Source: an uncultured Planctomycetota bacterium
Lineage (GTDB): Bacteria; Planctomycetota; Planctomycetia; Pirellulales; Thermoguttaceae
Direction of reading: 5' to 3'
DNA length: 55,525 nucleotides
Assembly: GCA_902772705.1 (NCBI GenBank)
Contig: CACYBR010000134.1
Coordinates: 1-55,525 of the forward strand
The notes below the pieces were generated by a model, which was not told where the DNA came from, made no database searches, and worked only from the letters and a program-made list of their open reading frames with translations. The position numbers and the translations under genes are program-made. This document shows, one piece after another, positions 9,753 through 18,899 of the stretch. Each line of letters opens with the position of its first letter. The first letter of the stretch is position 1.

Positions 9753-10554
9753 GTATGGCTTCCCGTTATATTACGCGGTCGAAGGAATACGGTTACACCG
9801 TTCGGAAGCATTTTATACGAAAAAGTTTTTTTTTCTATCCAACGTCGTCGGTTTATTCTCATTTCATTTATCTTACCAGTTCATATTCACCGTCATATTC
9901 GTTCTGTTCGTAACGTTCCAACTCCCCAAATACGCAAATATCCAATTACCGGACTAAAGTAATACTACCGGCATTGTCGATACAGGTTCTGGCAATGGAA
10001 TCGGGAACCCCGTTATAGGGCGTAGTTGTCTACGCTCCCTGCCACGCCGGACTCCTATTCCATCGATCAGACGTCTTTAAGGAGATTTGCAGCGGTCGAC
10101 GTTACGCTTATGATTTCGCGACCGTTTGCGATTTTTCCGAGACTTTGGCGCTTTCTGCTTTTACGAAAGCGAGGCAAAAGACGGATTGTAGCGAAAAATT
10201 TTTCTTTCGCGATATTTCCAAATTTTGCTAATGAGAGCCAAAAAGAATTGCCGAAAAACAGTACGTCAAACAAGCGTGCGACGCCAAGCTTTTTCAAAGC
10301 TCGCTAATCGTTGGAAAACGATCGCACGCTCGCCAACGACTGCGCGGTAGTCTCAATTCGGCAAGCGTCAACTCGCCGAATCGACGCCAAACGTCTGGTC
10401 AACCAGATTTTTTCGTTAGCCTCAAAACAACGCCGTTGAACGCCGGTTCGTTAAGGAGAACGGACGCACGTTCGACGAAGGCTGGTTTCGACCTTGTGTC
10501 AGGTGCGAAACTTCGTTGGAACAAAATGCGTATTATTTTATCGGAGAGCCCGAA

Positions 10555-11127
10555 ATGAAGGTTTTTACAACTGGTCAAGTCGCCAAGATCTGCAAGGTCG
10601 CGCCGCGCACCGTCAGCAAATGGTTTGACACCGGTCGCCTTAAGGGATACCGCATCCCTGGTTCCCAGGATCGCCGCATCCCCCGCGATTGTTTGATCAA
10701 GTTCCTCAAAGATCACAAAATGCCTTTGGGCGAACTTGAAGACGAAACCAAAGCCAAGGTTCTGATCGTCGCTCAAGATCAGGTCCTTATCGATAACGTC
10801 AAGCGTGAACTGCCTCCTGAAAAATCCTTCAGTGTCGCTTGCGCTTCGAGCGGATTCGACGCCGGTATTCAGGCGGAGAGCTTCCATCCTGACTGCATCA
10901 TCGTCGACTTCTCGATCGGTCGCGCTGAAGCCGTTCAGATCTGCCAGAACCTGCGCCGAAATTCTGAATTCAGCCAAATCATCCTCATCGCCCTTCTGCC
11001 CGACGACGGAAGTAGCGCCAGTTTTGATCGTTCGTGCATCAACGAAACGTTCCGCAAGCCGTTCGATTCCGCGCTCCTCGCTGAGCGTCTTCGTTCCCTT
11101 GTTGGTTCCAGAAAAGAGCTCGTCTGA
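10555..11127 (+). CDS. Atypical response regulator: N-terminal excisionase/MerR-type HTH plus C-terminal receiver-like domain
   Basis: The HTH is MKVFTTGQVAKICKVAPRTVSKWFDTGRLKGYRIPGSQDRRIPRDCLIKFL. The receiver-like part is KVLIVAQDQ...DCIIVDFSIG...ILIALL...FRKPF. I prefer the start at 10555 (GGAGAG RBS) over the track start at 10516. Confidence 0.7.
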   Translation: MKVFTTGQVAKICKVAPRTVSKWFDTGRLKGYRIPGSQDRRIPRDCLIKFLKDHKMPLGELEDETKAKVLIVAQDQVLIDNVKRELPPEKSFSVACASSGFDAGIQAESFHPDCIIVDFSIGRAEAVQICQNLRRNSEFSQIILIALLPDDGSSASFDRSCINETFRKPFDSALLAERLRSLVGSRKELV

Positions 11128-11236
11128 TCGCTTTCGTTGCTTTGGAATCTAAAAGGATTGAACTTCCAAACGACTTTCCGCCCGAACGGGAGTAAAGTCG
11201 TCGCTTCCAACGAAAACGAAAAAAGACAGAATATCT

Positions 11237-11278
11237 GGAGGTTGATCGTTCGTCGTAGCAACGATACGATCAACCTCC
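11237..11278 (+). terminator. Strong hairpin downstream of the HTH-receiver gene
   Basis: A 13-bp perfect stem, ggaggttgatcgt with acgatcaacctcc, and a 16-nt loop. The U-tract is poor (tgtcgtttcc). Confidence 0.45.
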
Positions 11279-11400
11279 TGTCGTTTCCAGACGAATTTTC
11301 GCCGGTATTTCAAAGAAACCCGACTGCGTTCTTTCCGCGTTCCGGGCGTTTTTTGTTTCTTGAGGCCTTAATCACAAACAACCGCGTCTGAATTGTAACA

Positions 11401-11865
11401 ATGAGAGCATGCATACAACGCGTACAGAGCGCCGCCGTCGCGCTTCAGGACGAGAATAACCGCGTCGCAGGACAGATTGGAAAAGGCTTTCTCGTCCTTC
11501 TGGGGGTTGGACAAGAGGACGAGCGAGAAGACGCGCAATATCTTGCCAAAAAAATCGCCCAACTACGCGTATTCGACGACGGCGACGGTAAAATGAATCT
11601 CGATCTCTCCAAGGTAGGGGGACGAGTTCTTGTCGTAAGCCAGTTCACGCTCTATGCCGACTGCGTCAAAGGGAACCGCCCCAGCTTCGTCGCGGCGGCG
11701 CCTCCTGAACGAGCCAATGAACTCTATCGTTTTTTTGTCAACGAACTCAACAGTCGCGGCGTGTCGACGGAAGAAGGGGTTTTTCAGGCTAATATGGCCG
11801 TATCGCTTGTCAACGACGGACCTGTGACGATTTGGATCGATTCAAAGGATAGAAAAAACTCTTGA
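11401..11865 (+). CDS. dtd: D-aminoacyl-tRNA deacylase
   Basis: 154 aa. It reads MRACIQRVQSAAV...GKGFLVLLGVGQED...VSQFTLYADCVKGNRPSF...VSLVNDGPVTIWIDS, which are canonical Dtd motifs. Confidence 0.9.
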   Translation: MRACIQRVQSAAVALQDENNRVAGQIGKGFLVLLGVGQEDEREDAQYLAKKIAQLRVFDDGDGKMNLDLSKVGGRVLVVSQFTLYADCVKGNRPSFVAAAPPERANELYRFFVNELNSRGVSTEEGVFQANMAVSLVNDGPVTIWIDSKDRKNS

Positions 11866-11982
11866 AGCCGCCGGATAATCCCGCTAAAACTTACAAAATA
11901 CTCACAAAAATCCATATCGTCGCAACTTTCTTTTCTTTTGAGCGTCGAAAGAGGGGGAGGCTGTAGATTGAAACTCAGGAAA

Positions 11983-12010
11983 TTTACAAACGCCGAATCC
12001 CGAGTACAAT
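11983..12010 (+). promoter_or_regulatory. Candidate promoter upstream of the Pmp-repeat protein gene
   Basis: TTTACA-N16-TACAAT, about 190 nt upstream of ATG 12197. Confidence 0.3.
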
Positions 12011-12196
12011 GTGCTACGACAGCGCCAGCCGTAAGAACGAGACGTTTAGACGTCACGACGAGCGCACAGAAAATGGAGTCTTGATCTCACGCAAACGACC
12101 GCCCGATTCGCATTCCTCATGACGTCGGAACCAGCGTCGGCTTGCGGAGCCTCGTGTTGATCAGTCTCCCTTTTCATACCCAATCAGGAGATACAA

Positions 12197-15100
12197 ATGC
12201 GTTTTCATAGTCGTTTCTTTTCCAGGAAATCCTCGCGCAATAACGTCTCTCATTCCGACAGCGCGTCTCATCCGCGCCTATCCCGATTTGAAAAGCTCGA
12301 ATCACGAGATCTGCTCTCCTTGTCGCCATCGTCGGCGGATTACAAGGCGCTTGTCGCAGCGAATTCCTTCGGTTCCTCTGAGGAGAATGCGATATGGGTA
12401 ACTTCCATTTCTGACACGGTCAGTACGACAGACGGCAAAATCACGCTCCGTGAGGCCCTCGACTACGCCGGTCAATCCTTAGCCGCCGGCGAAGTCTCCT
12501 CAACAATCCGCTTTTCCGTCGGCGGGACGATTACGCTTTCCGCTACGCGACAGTCTCTCAAGGCGTCAAAAAGCGTTACGATTGACGCAAGCGACGTCGG
12601 TGGAATCAAGATTAAGGCTCAGCGGACGCTGGCTCTGTACGTTTACGGCGGAACGTCCTCGTCCTCGGTCAGCGTCACGCTCAACAACGTCGTCGTGACG
12701 GGGGGCTCCGTCTCGCCTGCCTCGTCGTCGCCAGCCAAGGGCGCCGCAATTCAGGTCGCGGCTAATTGCAATCTCACGCTGAACAACTGTTCCGTCAAGG
12801 GCAATACGTCGACGTCAGCGCTGGGAGTCGGGGTTTACATGACCTCGGGAACGCTCACGCTCAACGACGTGGTCTTCTCAGAAAACACGAGTACGGGCTC
12901 CGTCAGTATGGGCGGCGCCGTCTATGTCGAATCAGGTTCTCTCAACGCGACAAACGTCGTTTTCAGGGGCAACTCCGCAGCTGAAGGCGGCGCCATATAC
13001 GTCAAAAACGGAACGACGTTCCTTACAAACTGCTTTTTTGAAGAAAACGCCGCAACAAATGGGAATGGCGGCGCGCTGTCGTCTAGTTCGGCGACAACGC
13101 TTAAAAACGTTTCCTTCCTTTCCAATTCATCAACGCAAAGGGGGGGCGCTCTGTTTATTACGGGCGACGCGGAATCCACGTTTACAGACGTCAGTTTTAC
13201 GAACAACTCGGCGCTTAACGGGGGAGCCGTCTTTCAGGACGGTCAGTCGCTGAAAACGACCGGCGCGAAATTCGCCAATAACGCTTCAGTAGAGAAAGGC
13301 GGAGCGGTCTATATCCAAACGAACGCGCTCATGCTCGCCGAGGACGCCCTGTTTTACGGCAACCTTGCTTCCGACGACGGCGGAGCCCTCTTTAATTCCG
13401 GTTCGTTTTACCTGACGACTGGCAAGATGGAGGAGAACAGTTCGGGCGCTAACGGAGGCGCGGTAAGCTCATCGGGCTATGTCGAGATCCGCGACGCCGC
13501 TTTCAAGACCAACGCCGCTGGAGTTTATGGCGGATCGTTTTATCTGAACGGTTCCCAGCGTTCCTGGCTCCTTCGCACAGTCGTAACCGATTCCACCGCC
13601 AACGAAGGAGGCGGAATCTTTAATAGCGGCCTTTTGACGATTGTCGATTCGACGATCTCCAGCAACGTCGCCAGCGCCAGCGGAGGCGGCCTTTCCAATT
13701 CGGGTTCAGTTCTAATTTCCACCACGCGAGTTTCCGACAATATCGCATCTGGCGCCAACGCCATGGGCGGCGGCGTGCTGAACTATGTTAACGCGACGCT
13801 CAACGTCAGCGATTCGTCTCTGCTAGGCAACGTCTCTGAGTCCGGTTCAGGAGGCGCGGTGGCGAACAACGGAACAGCAACGCTTGACATAGCCGTTGTT
13901 TCCGACAACATGTCAGCCCTCTTCGGCGGAGCAGTCTATAACAGCGGAACGCTCACGTCGCAGTACTCCACCTTCTCCTCCAACGAGGCGTCCGACGGAG
14001 GCGCAATAGCCGACGTCTATGGCAGTTCGTCGACTTTCGTCGGGTCAACCTTCTGGGGCAACGTCGCTTCTAACTACGGCGGCGCGTTGTATTCCTATGG
14101 CTCAACCGTTTTCCGTAGTTCGACGATCGCTTACAACGTCGCGTCCAACGCAGGAGTCGCGGCTTATTATTCCCCGGAAGAGGCGGGCTCCGTTCCGTCG
14201 TTTGACTCGTCAACGACAGTCGAATCTAACCTTGCCGCGTCCGAAGTTACCCGTCTGCCAGAAATTGAAACGCTCGCTGTTCTTGACGCCGTTACGGGCG
14301 AAGCAGTTAACGACGCGCTCCTTTTTAACGGGATCCCTGTTAATGGTTTAACTCGTAGCAGAACGCTGACGATAACAAACACGAGCTCCGTTAATCTCAA
14401 GTTCTCCAACTTTAAGGAATTGGGAGACGTAGAGCCTACCGTATTGTCCTACGCGCTCTATGATTCCTCTGGCGAGCTAATCAACGCGTCTTCGAACTTT
14501 GTCCTTGCCGCAGGCGACTCGATAACGCTTAACGTCGCGATTTCGCCTAAAAGTATCGGTTCCAAGTATTTCGAGTTTTCCTGGACGACGTCCGAGCTCA
14601 ACAGCGCCGACTCCGTAATTTCAGGAACGGCAAAAGAGTTCGTAGTAAGGGGTTCGGCAGAAATTTCTAAAGTCGCTTCTTCGTCAACAAGCGTCGAAAC
14701 GTTGGATAATTCGACCTTCAACGTCTCAATGAACGCTAACGGGTCGTTCAACATCAACCTCTCCAAAGCGCCTGAATCTAACGTCATCCTCTACTTTGGG
14801 AAGTCGTCAGACGCGGTCATGCTGTCTACGGACGTGCTCCTTTTCACAACGTCTAACTACAACGTTCCGCAAACAGTAACGGTCTCGATTGATCAGGACA
14901 AGCTTTCAGAAGCTGGACTTCCAACAAAGATCTTCGTCTATCCCCAACTTCTTGCGATGGAATCTAACTACAGGGGTTCAACATTCGCGGAGGTTGCGCT
15001 TGACGTGGCCGACTACGTCGTTTTTCAGGACGATTGCTCCGTTAATATTGATTCCTACGCGACAGCCGGCGTAAGCCGTTGGGACCTTACAGGCGACGGG

Positions 15101-15640
15101 GTTATTGACCTCATCACCTACGGCGGCGAAGATTGGATCAATTCATCCAGCGTCTCCGGAAACACAATCAATTACAAGAGAACCAAAAACGGGACAACTA
15201 CAACGACAGAGATTGACGTCGTTTATCAAAGTTCGGCGCCAACGGCTTTCGCAGACGTTTCGACGCTCCCGTCCCTACCCGGTTTTGTCCGAATCGCTCT
15301 CGAATCTGCCAGTGGCGCTATCTCTAACTGGCGCGTTGATTGGGGCGACGGTTCCCCTCTATCTGTGATCGATTCGCTTTCGACAAAGGCTAACTTTGCC
15401 CATTCATACGCCTCCGACGGAACCTATACAATTTCCATCGAGCTGGTTGACTCCAATGGAGTAGGAACAGGCGTCTGGACGTCCCTCGCGCCACAAAAGA
15501 TCACGGGCGTCTCGACGACTTCTTCAATTATTGACGTCACGACGGAACTCTTCGTCGAAGACGCTCAGCTTGACGCAACAGTCGAAACGATTTCGGGCGC
15601 AATCCTTGCCGAGCTTGAGCAGGAAAAGCTGAAAAGATAA
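12197..15640 (+). CDS. Giant Pmp-repeat / right-handed beta-helix surface protein with a C-terminal PKD-like domain (no beta-barrel)
   Basis: 1147 aa. Residues 150-650 contain many GGA[IVL] plus FxxN repeats (GGAVYVESG..FRGN, GGAIYVKNG..FEEN, GGALFITG..FTNN, GGAVYIQ..). The C-terminal WRVDWGDGSP...HSYASDGTYTISIELVDSNG is PKD-like. The N-terminus carries FEKLESRDLLS and has no hydrophobic signal core. Confidence 0.8.
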   Translation: MRFHSRFFSRKSSRNNVSHSDSASHPRLSRFEKLESRDLLSLSPSSADYKALVAANSFGSSEENAIWVTSISDTVSTTDGKITLREALDYAGQSLAAGEVSSTIRFSVGGTITLSATRQSLKASKSVTIDASDVGGIKIKAQRTLALYVYGGTSSSSVSVTLNNVVVTGGSVSPASSSPAKGAAIQVAANCNLTLNNCSVKGNTSTSALGVGVYMTSGTLTLNDVVFSENTSTGSVSMGGAVYVESGSLNATNVVFRGNSAAEGGAIYVKNGTTFLTNCFFEENAATNGNGGALSSSSATTLKNVSFLSNSSTQRGGALFITGDAESTFTDVSFTNNSALNGGAVFQDGQSLKTTGAKFANNASVEKGGAVYIQTNALMLAEDALFYGNLASDDGGALFNSGSFYLTTGKMEENSSGANGGAVSSSGYVEIRDAAFKTNAAGVYGGSFYLNGSQRSWLLRTVVTDSTANEGGGIFNSGLLTIVDSTISSNVASASGGGLSNSGSVLISTTRVSDNIASGANAMGGGVLNYVNATLNVSDSSLLGNVSESGSGGAVANNGTATLDIAVVSDNMSALFGGAVYNSGTLTSQYSTFSSNEASDGGAIADVYGSSSTFVGSTFWGNVASNYGGALYSYGSTVFRSSTIAYNVASNAGVAAYYSPEEAGSVPSFDSSTTVESNLAASEVTRLPEIETLAVLDAVTGEAVNDALLFNGIPVNGLTRSRTLTITNTSSVNLKFSNFKELGDVEPTVLSYALYDSSGELINASSNFVLAAGDSITLNVAISPKSIGSKYFEFSWTTSELNSADSVISGTAKEFVVRGSAEISKVASSSTSVETLDNSTFNVSMNANGSFNINLSKAPESNVILYFGKSSDAVMLSTDVLLFTTSNYNVPQTVTVSIDQDKLSEAGLPTKIFVYPQLLAMESNYRGSTFAEVALDVADYVVFQDDCSVNIDSYATAGVSRWDLTGDGVIDLITYGGEDWINSSSVSGNTINYKRTKNGTTTTTEIDVVYQSSAPTAFADVSTLPSLPGFVRIALESASGAISNWRVDWGDGSPLSVIDSLSTKANFAHSYASDGTYTISIELVDSNGVGTGVWTSLAPQKITGVSTTSSIIDVTTELFVEDAQLDATVETISGAILAELEQEKLKR

Positions 15641-15667
15641 AATACCTTCGAGAAACTAACAAGGAAC

Positions 15668-15711
15668 AAAAAACCGGCGTGAATTCACCAAAGAAATCGC
15701 GCCGGTTTTTT
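15668..15711. terminator. Bidirectional rho-independent terminator between convergent genes
   Basis: aaaaaaccggcg...cgccggtttttt. The GC stem is flanked by an A-run and a T-run, so it can serve both strands. Confidence 0.7.
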
Positions 15712-15735
15712 GTTCTTGGTCCTGCAAACAGAAAA

Positions 15736-17337
15736 TTAACGCTCGTTGAAACGTTTGGCGAATTCAAGAGTGACTCTATATTTGGGAGAATCTTCTGGCC
15801 CTTCGTCGGCATATTCGATCAGTCCCCAGGAGCCCCATTTTGTCCATTTGCCAACGGACGAGAAATGACAGATTGCCTTGCCTCCGATATCCTCCCACGC
15901 TCTATAATACTTCTCATAGATTGTCCCCATTCTCTCAGAACGGTTCGCACTAATGAGAATCGTATTCAACTCTTCAGAATCGTTGGCCCCCCAAAGCCCG
16001 ACAAGGTGCTGACCAGCCTCATAAGAAACAAGACCGAGTCCGTAACGGTCGGCGACTTCCTTCTGTTTTTTCATCATGTCGATCGTCTCTGGAAGAATCT
16101 TCTCCTCAACCATATCAAGAACGCCGTCAACTCCCAGTTCGACGATTTTATCCTTATCCTCACCAGGCACGCTCAAACCGACGTAGGGCGCGATTGCAAG
16201 CGCGTCGGCGTGTCGCCACGCTTCCTCAAACGTAAGAATCTGTTCGCTCACAAAGGGAACGGCAGCCTGTGAAGGAAGCAACCTTATCAAACGTTCGTCG
16301 CCGCCAAAAACGTCCTCGAATATTTTAAAAATCTCAACTGAACGACGCGCGGTATACCACCATGCAGCTTCCCAGTCCGAACTCGCTTCCATGAGAGCGC
16401 GTCCCTTCTCCGCCGCCCGGTGATTCTGTTCAAAAGAACCGTTCCAGACCTCGTTCGAATATTCGACATAAACTCGCTTGTTAACGCTCAATCTATCCTT
16501 GAGCAACTGCGCAAGCTCTCGAACGTATTCGTCGTCCGCCTGATCAGGAACACAGATCCACAGATCGGCGTCAGTACGTTCGATGAAGTCACAGACGACC
16601 TCATAAGGCAGGCCCGCGCGGGAATAGACCGCGTCGTCCGGTTTTGGTCGGTCGCTCCAGTTCTTCAATTTCGAACCGTTTGTCGCCTGCCAATCCATCG
16701 TCCTGAAGATCTTCATTGAGCCCCAGCGCTTCAGGAATTCGGGATTCCAAATTCCGCAAGAGGCTCGTTCCGCCTCAGTCCCAAACCCAGGCATGTATAC
16801 ATGGATATTTCGGACGTAGTTTTCGGGATTAGTCTCTTTAATACGCACCCAAAAGGAGCCGTTTTTCGCATCCACGTCAATCAGAACGCGTCCCGGTTTT
16901 TCTTCAACGACTTTAGCGTTCCCAAACTCAAGGCGCCCCTCTCCTTCGTAAACGACCGTATAGACGCCAGCCGGATAATGACCGTTGTCGATCGTGCAAA
17001 GAGGGACCTCGGCAAAACAGTCCTTCTCCAGCTTTTTAACCCAGCCTCTTTCGTCTATCTCAAGCTCTGGGCCATGGCCCCAGGGAGCGCCTTCCTTTTG
17101 GCTAATCCAAGCGCGAGTTTCTAAAAAGACGTCAACAAAGGGCAGTTCCGTATTCCAGTCGCAAATTCCTGCAAGATTCAGCCCCATTACGGGACCGTCG
17201 CCAAGCTTTGCCTCCGTCTGCGCGGCCTTTGTCTCAACGTCCGAATCGGTTGCAAACACAACGACCTGTTTCGAAACAAACGTCAGTAAACTGATCAGGA
17301 AAATCACGAACGACAAAAACAGATTACGTCGACTCAT
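15736..17337 (-). CDS. Secreted putative glycoside hydrolase (clan GH-A (beta/alpha)8-like)
   Basis: 533 aa with a signal peptide, LFLSFVIFLISLLTFVS. VYVEYSNEVWNGSF is an NE acid/base-type motif and LVSYEAGQHL is a candidate nucleophile Glu. The family was not assigned. Confidence 0.55.
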   Translation of the reverse strand: MSRRNLFLSFVIFLISLLTFVSKQVVVFATDSDVETKAAQTEAKLGDGPVMGLNLAGICDWNTELPFVDVFLETRAWISQKEGAPWGHGPELEIDERGWVKKLEKDCFAEVPLCTIDNGHYPAGVYTVVYEGEGRLEFGNAKVVEEKPGRVLIDVDAKNGSFWVRIKETNPENYVRNIHVYMPGFGTEAERASCGIWNPEFLKRWGSMKIFRTMDWQATNGSKLKNWSDRPKPDDAVYSRAGLPYEVVCDFIERTDADLWICVPDQADDEYVRELAQLLKDRLSVNKRVYVEYSNEVWNGSFEQNHRAAEKGRALMEASSDWEAAWWYTARRSVEIFKIFEDVFGGDERLIRLLPSQAAVPFVSEQILTFEEAWRHADALAIAPYVGLSVPGEDKDKIVELGVDGVLDMVEEKILPETIDMMKKQKEVADRYGLGLVSYEAGQHLVGLWGANDSEELNTILISANRSERMGTIYEKYYRAWEDIGGKAICHFSSVGKWTKWGSWGLIEYADEGPEDSPKYRVTLEFAKRFNER

Positions 17338-17402
17338 TACTCAAGCCCTAAATTCAACGCTTAACAACTCCGATATAACTTGCGAATCTATCTTTGGAAG
17401 AG

Positions 17403-17903
17403 TCACTCCTGAGCCTTCAGGGTGCGAACCATCAGCGTGTGGCTGGGAACGTCGTATACGTAAGAATCCCCCTCAGGAAGCTTGGGAAGAACGATTTGGT
17501 TCGCTTGAATGATCTTCTGCATGAATTCCTGTTCAGAATTCGGATAACGTCCCTCCGAGGCCTGGAAGAAGTTGAGCGCCTGAGGAATCTGCATATCGAA
17601 GACTGTTTTTTCCTGTGCATAGAAGTAAGTAGAAACAGGCGTCGTTATGATTGACATAGGCTGTTCCGACGTAACGCCGTACTGTCCCTTTCCCGTCGCG
17701 CCAACCCCCGCGCGTTTCATCTCATATTCGTCGCCCGCGGCCTCCCGCGCTGCGGCAGCTTCGGCCTTTTTAGCCTCCTCTTCCTGATGCTGCGCAACAA
17801 TCTCCTGGGAAACTTCAGGAGGAGGAACGGGCTCTGAACATCCTGAACCAACAAGAGTTACAACGGAGAAGATTGAACATAAAATAAAAGTTCTGTTTGG
17901 CAT
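17403..17903 (-). CDS. Hypothetical lipoprotein
   Basis: 166 aa. The lipobox-like sequence is VTLVGSGC, followed by an E/A/K-rich linker. Confidence 0.6.
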   Translation of the reverse strand: MPNRTFILCSIFSVVTLVGSGCSEPVPPPEVSQEIVAQHQEEEAKKAEAAAAREAAGDEYEMKRAGVGATGKGQYGVTSEQPMSIITTPVSTYFYAQEKTVFDMQIPQALNFFQASEGRYPNSEQEFMQKIIQANQIVLPKLPEGDSYVYDVPSHTLMVRTLKAQE

Positions 17904-17963
17904 GATCTTTCCTCTTTCAGCGCAACGTCTGTACGCAACGTCGCCCCCAAAACAATCGTCTGA

Positions 17964-18878
17964 TTAAAAAACGTTCCAACGATTAAACTCATATAAGAAT
18001 ATTCCGACGGAAACGCCAAGATTCAACGAATCAACGTCGCTCCTCATCGGAATTTTAATACTGCGATCGCACAACGATACGAACTCGGGCGTTAGTCCTG
18101 AATATTCGTTGCCAAAAACAAACGCGGCATATTTGTTCTTCGCCAGAACGTCCGCCCCAAATTCAAGGGACGACGCGGCGGCGTCATCCAGAACTGTTGC
18201 ATAAAACGGCAAGTTCCAGCGTCTGCGAGCATCCTGGATTTCCTCTTTCAAATTCTTAGCTTGATAAATCGGAATCTGCAAAACGCCGCCCATGGAGACA
18301 CGCAAAGCACGTCTGGAAAAAGGATCGCAACACTGCTCGCCCAGTATGATCGCTTCCGCGTCGAGAGCGGCGCCACATCTGAAAATCAGTCCAAGATTGT
18401 CCGGCTTGGTTGCGTCTGGTAAAACAATCCACGCTCTGCGTGAAGGAGCAGAGCCCCCTCGCGACGAATCACGGCTTCTTCGGGATTCGCCGCAAAAGAA
18501 GCCTTCCAGTCCCTCCAACATATCAGGAAGACGCCTACGGCGGCCAACTGCAAGTATCCCTCTGGTAAACTCGAATCCAACGAGACGACTCATTGCTTCA
18601 CGCTCGTTGATCCAGTAGATAGGCGTTTCTTCTGGCACGAGTTCCAGACAACGCTCCACACCGCTTTTGCGAGTGATCAAAACAGAATCCACTTCGTAAG
18701 GCGATCTGAGCAGTCTCTCGACAACCAACGCTCCTTCGGAAATGAAGAGCGATTCGCCACGTAGCGTTCGCTCCTTCAAGTTTCGATATGGACGAAGTCG
18801 TTCGTCATCGAGATTGTCAATCACAATGAACCGTGAATTTATCTCCTGGTCCAATAGAATCTCCATTACAATTTCCAA
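17964..18878 (-). CDS. TrmH/SpoU-family RNA 2'-O-methyltransferase
   Basis: 304 aa. It has an N-terminal substrate-binding region (RLRPYRNLKERTLRGESLFISEG) and SpoU motifs FGNEYSGLT and IPMRSDVDSLNLGVSVGIFLYEF. Confidence 0.8.
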   Translation of the reverse strand: MEIVMEILLDQEINSRFIVIDNLDDERLRPYRNLKERTLRGESLFISEGALVVERLLRSPYEVDSVLITRKSGVERCLELVPEETPIYWINEREAMSRLVGFEFTRGILAVGRRRRLPDMLEGLEGFFCGESRRSRDSSRGGSAPSRRAWIVLPDATKPDNLGLIFRCGAALDAEAIILGEQCCDPFSRRALRVSMGGVLQIPIYQAKNLKEEIQDARRRWNLPFYATVLDDAAASSLEFGADVLAKNKYAAFVFGNEYSGLTPEFVSLCDRSIKIPMRSDVDSLNLGVSVGIFLYEFNRWNVF

Positions 18879-18899
18879 CTATTACCGACGTAAACCTTA

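Noticed and set aside
9664-9957. 97-aa + strand ORF in the long intergenic region
   Set aside because: It is T-rich with low-complexity hydrophobic translation and no RBS. It overlaps the promoter and repeat region of the divergent gene.
10399-10977. 192-aa minus-strand ORF
   Set aside because: It is antisense to the HTH-receiver gene. It has no motifs and no RBS.
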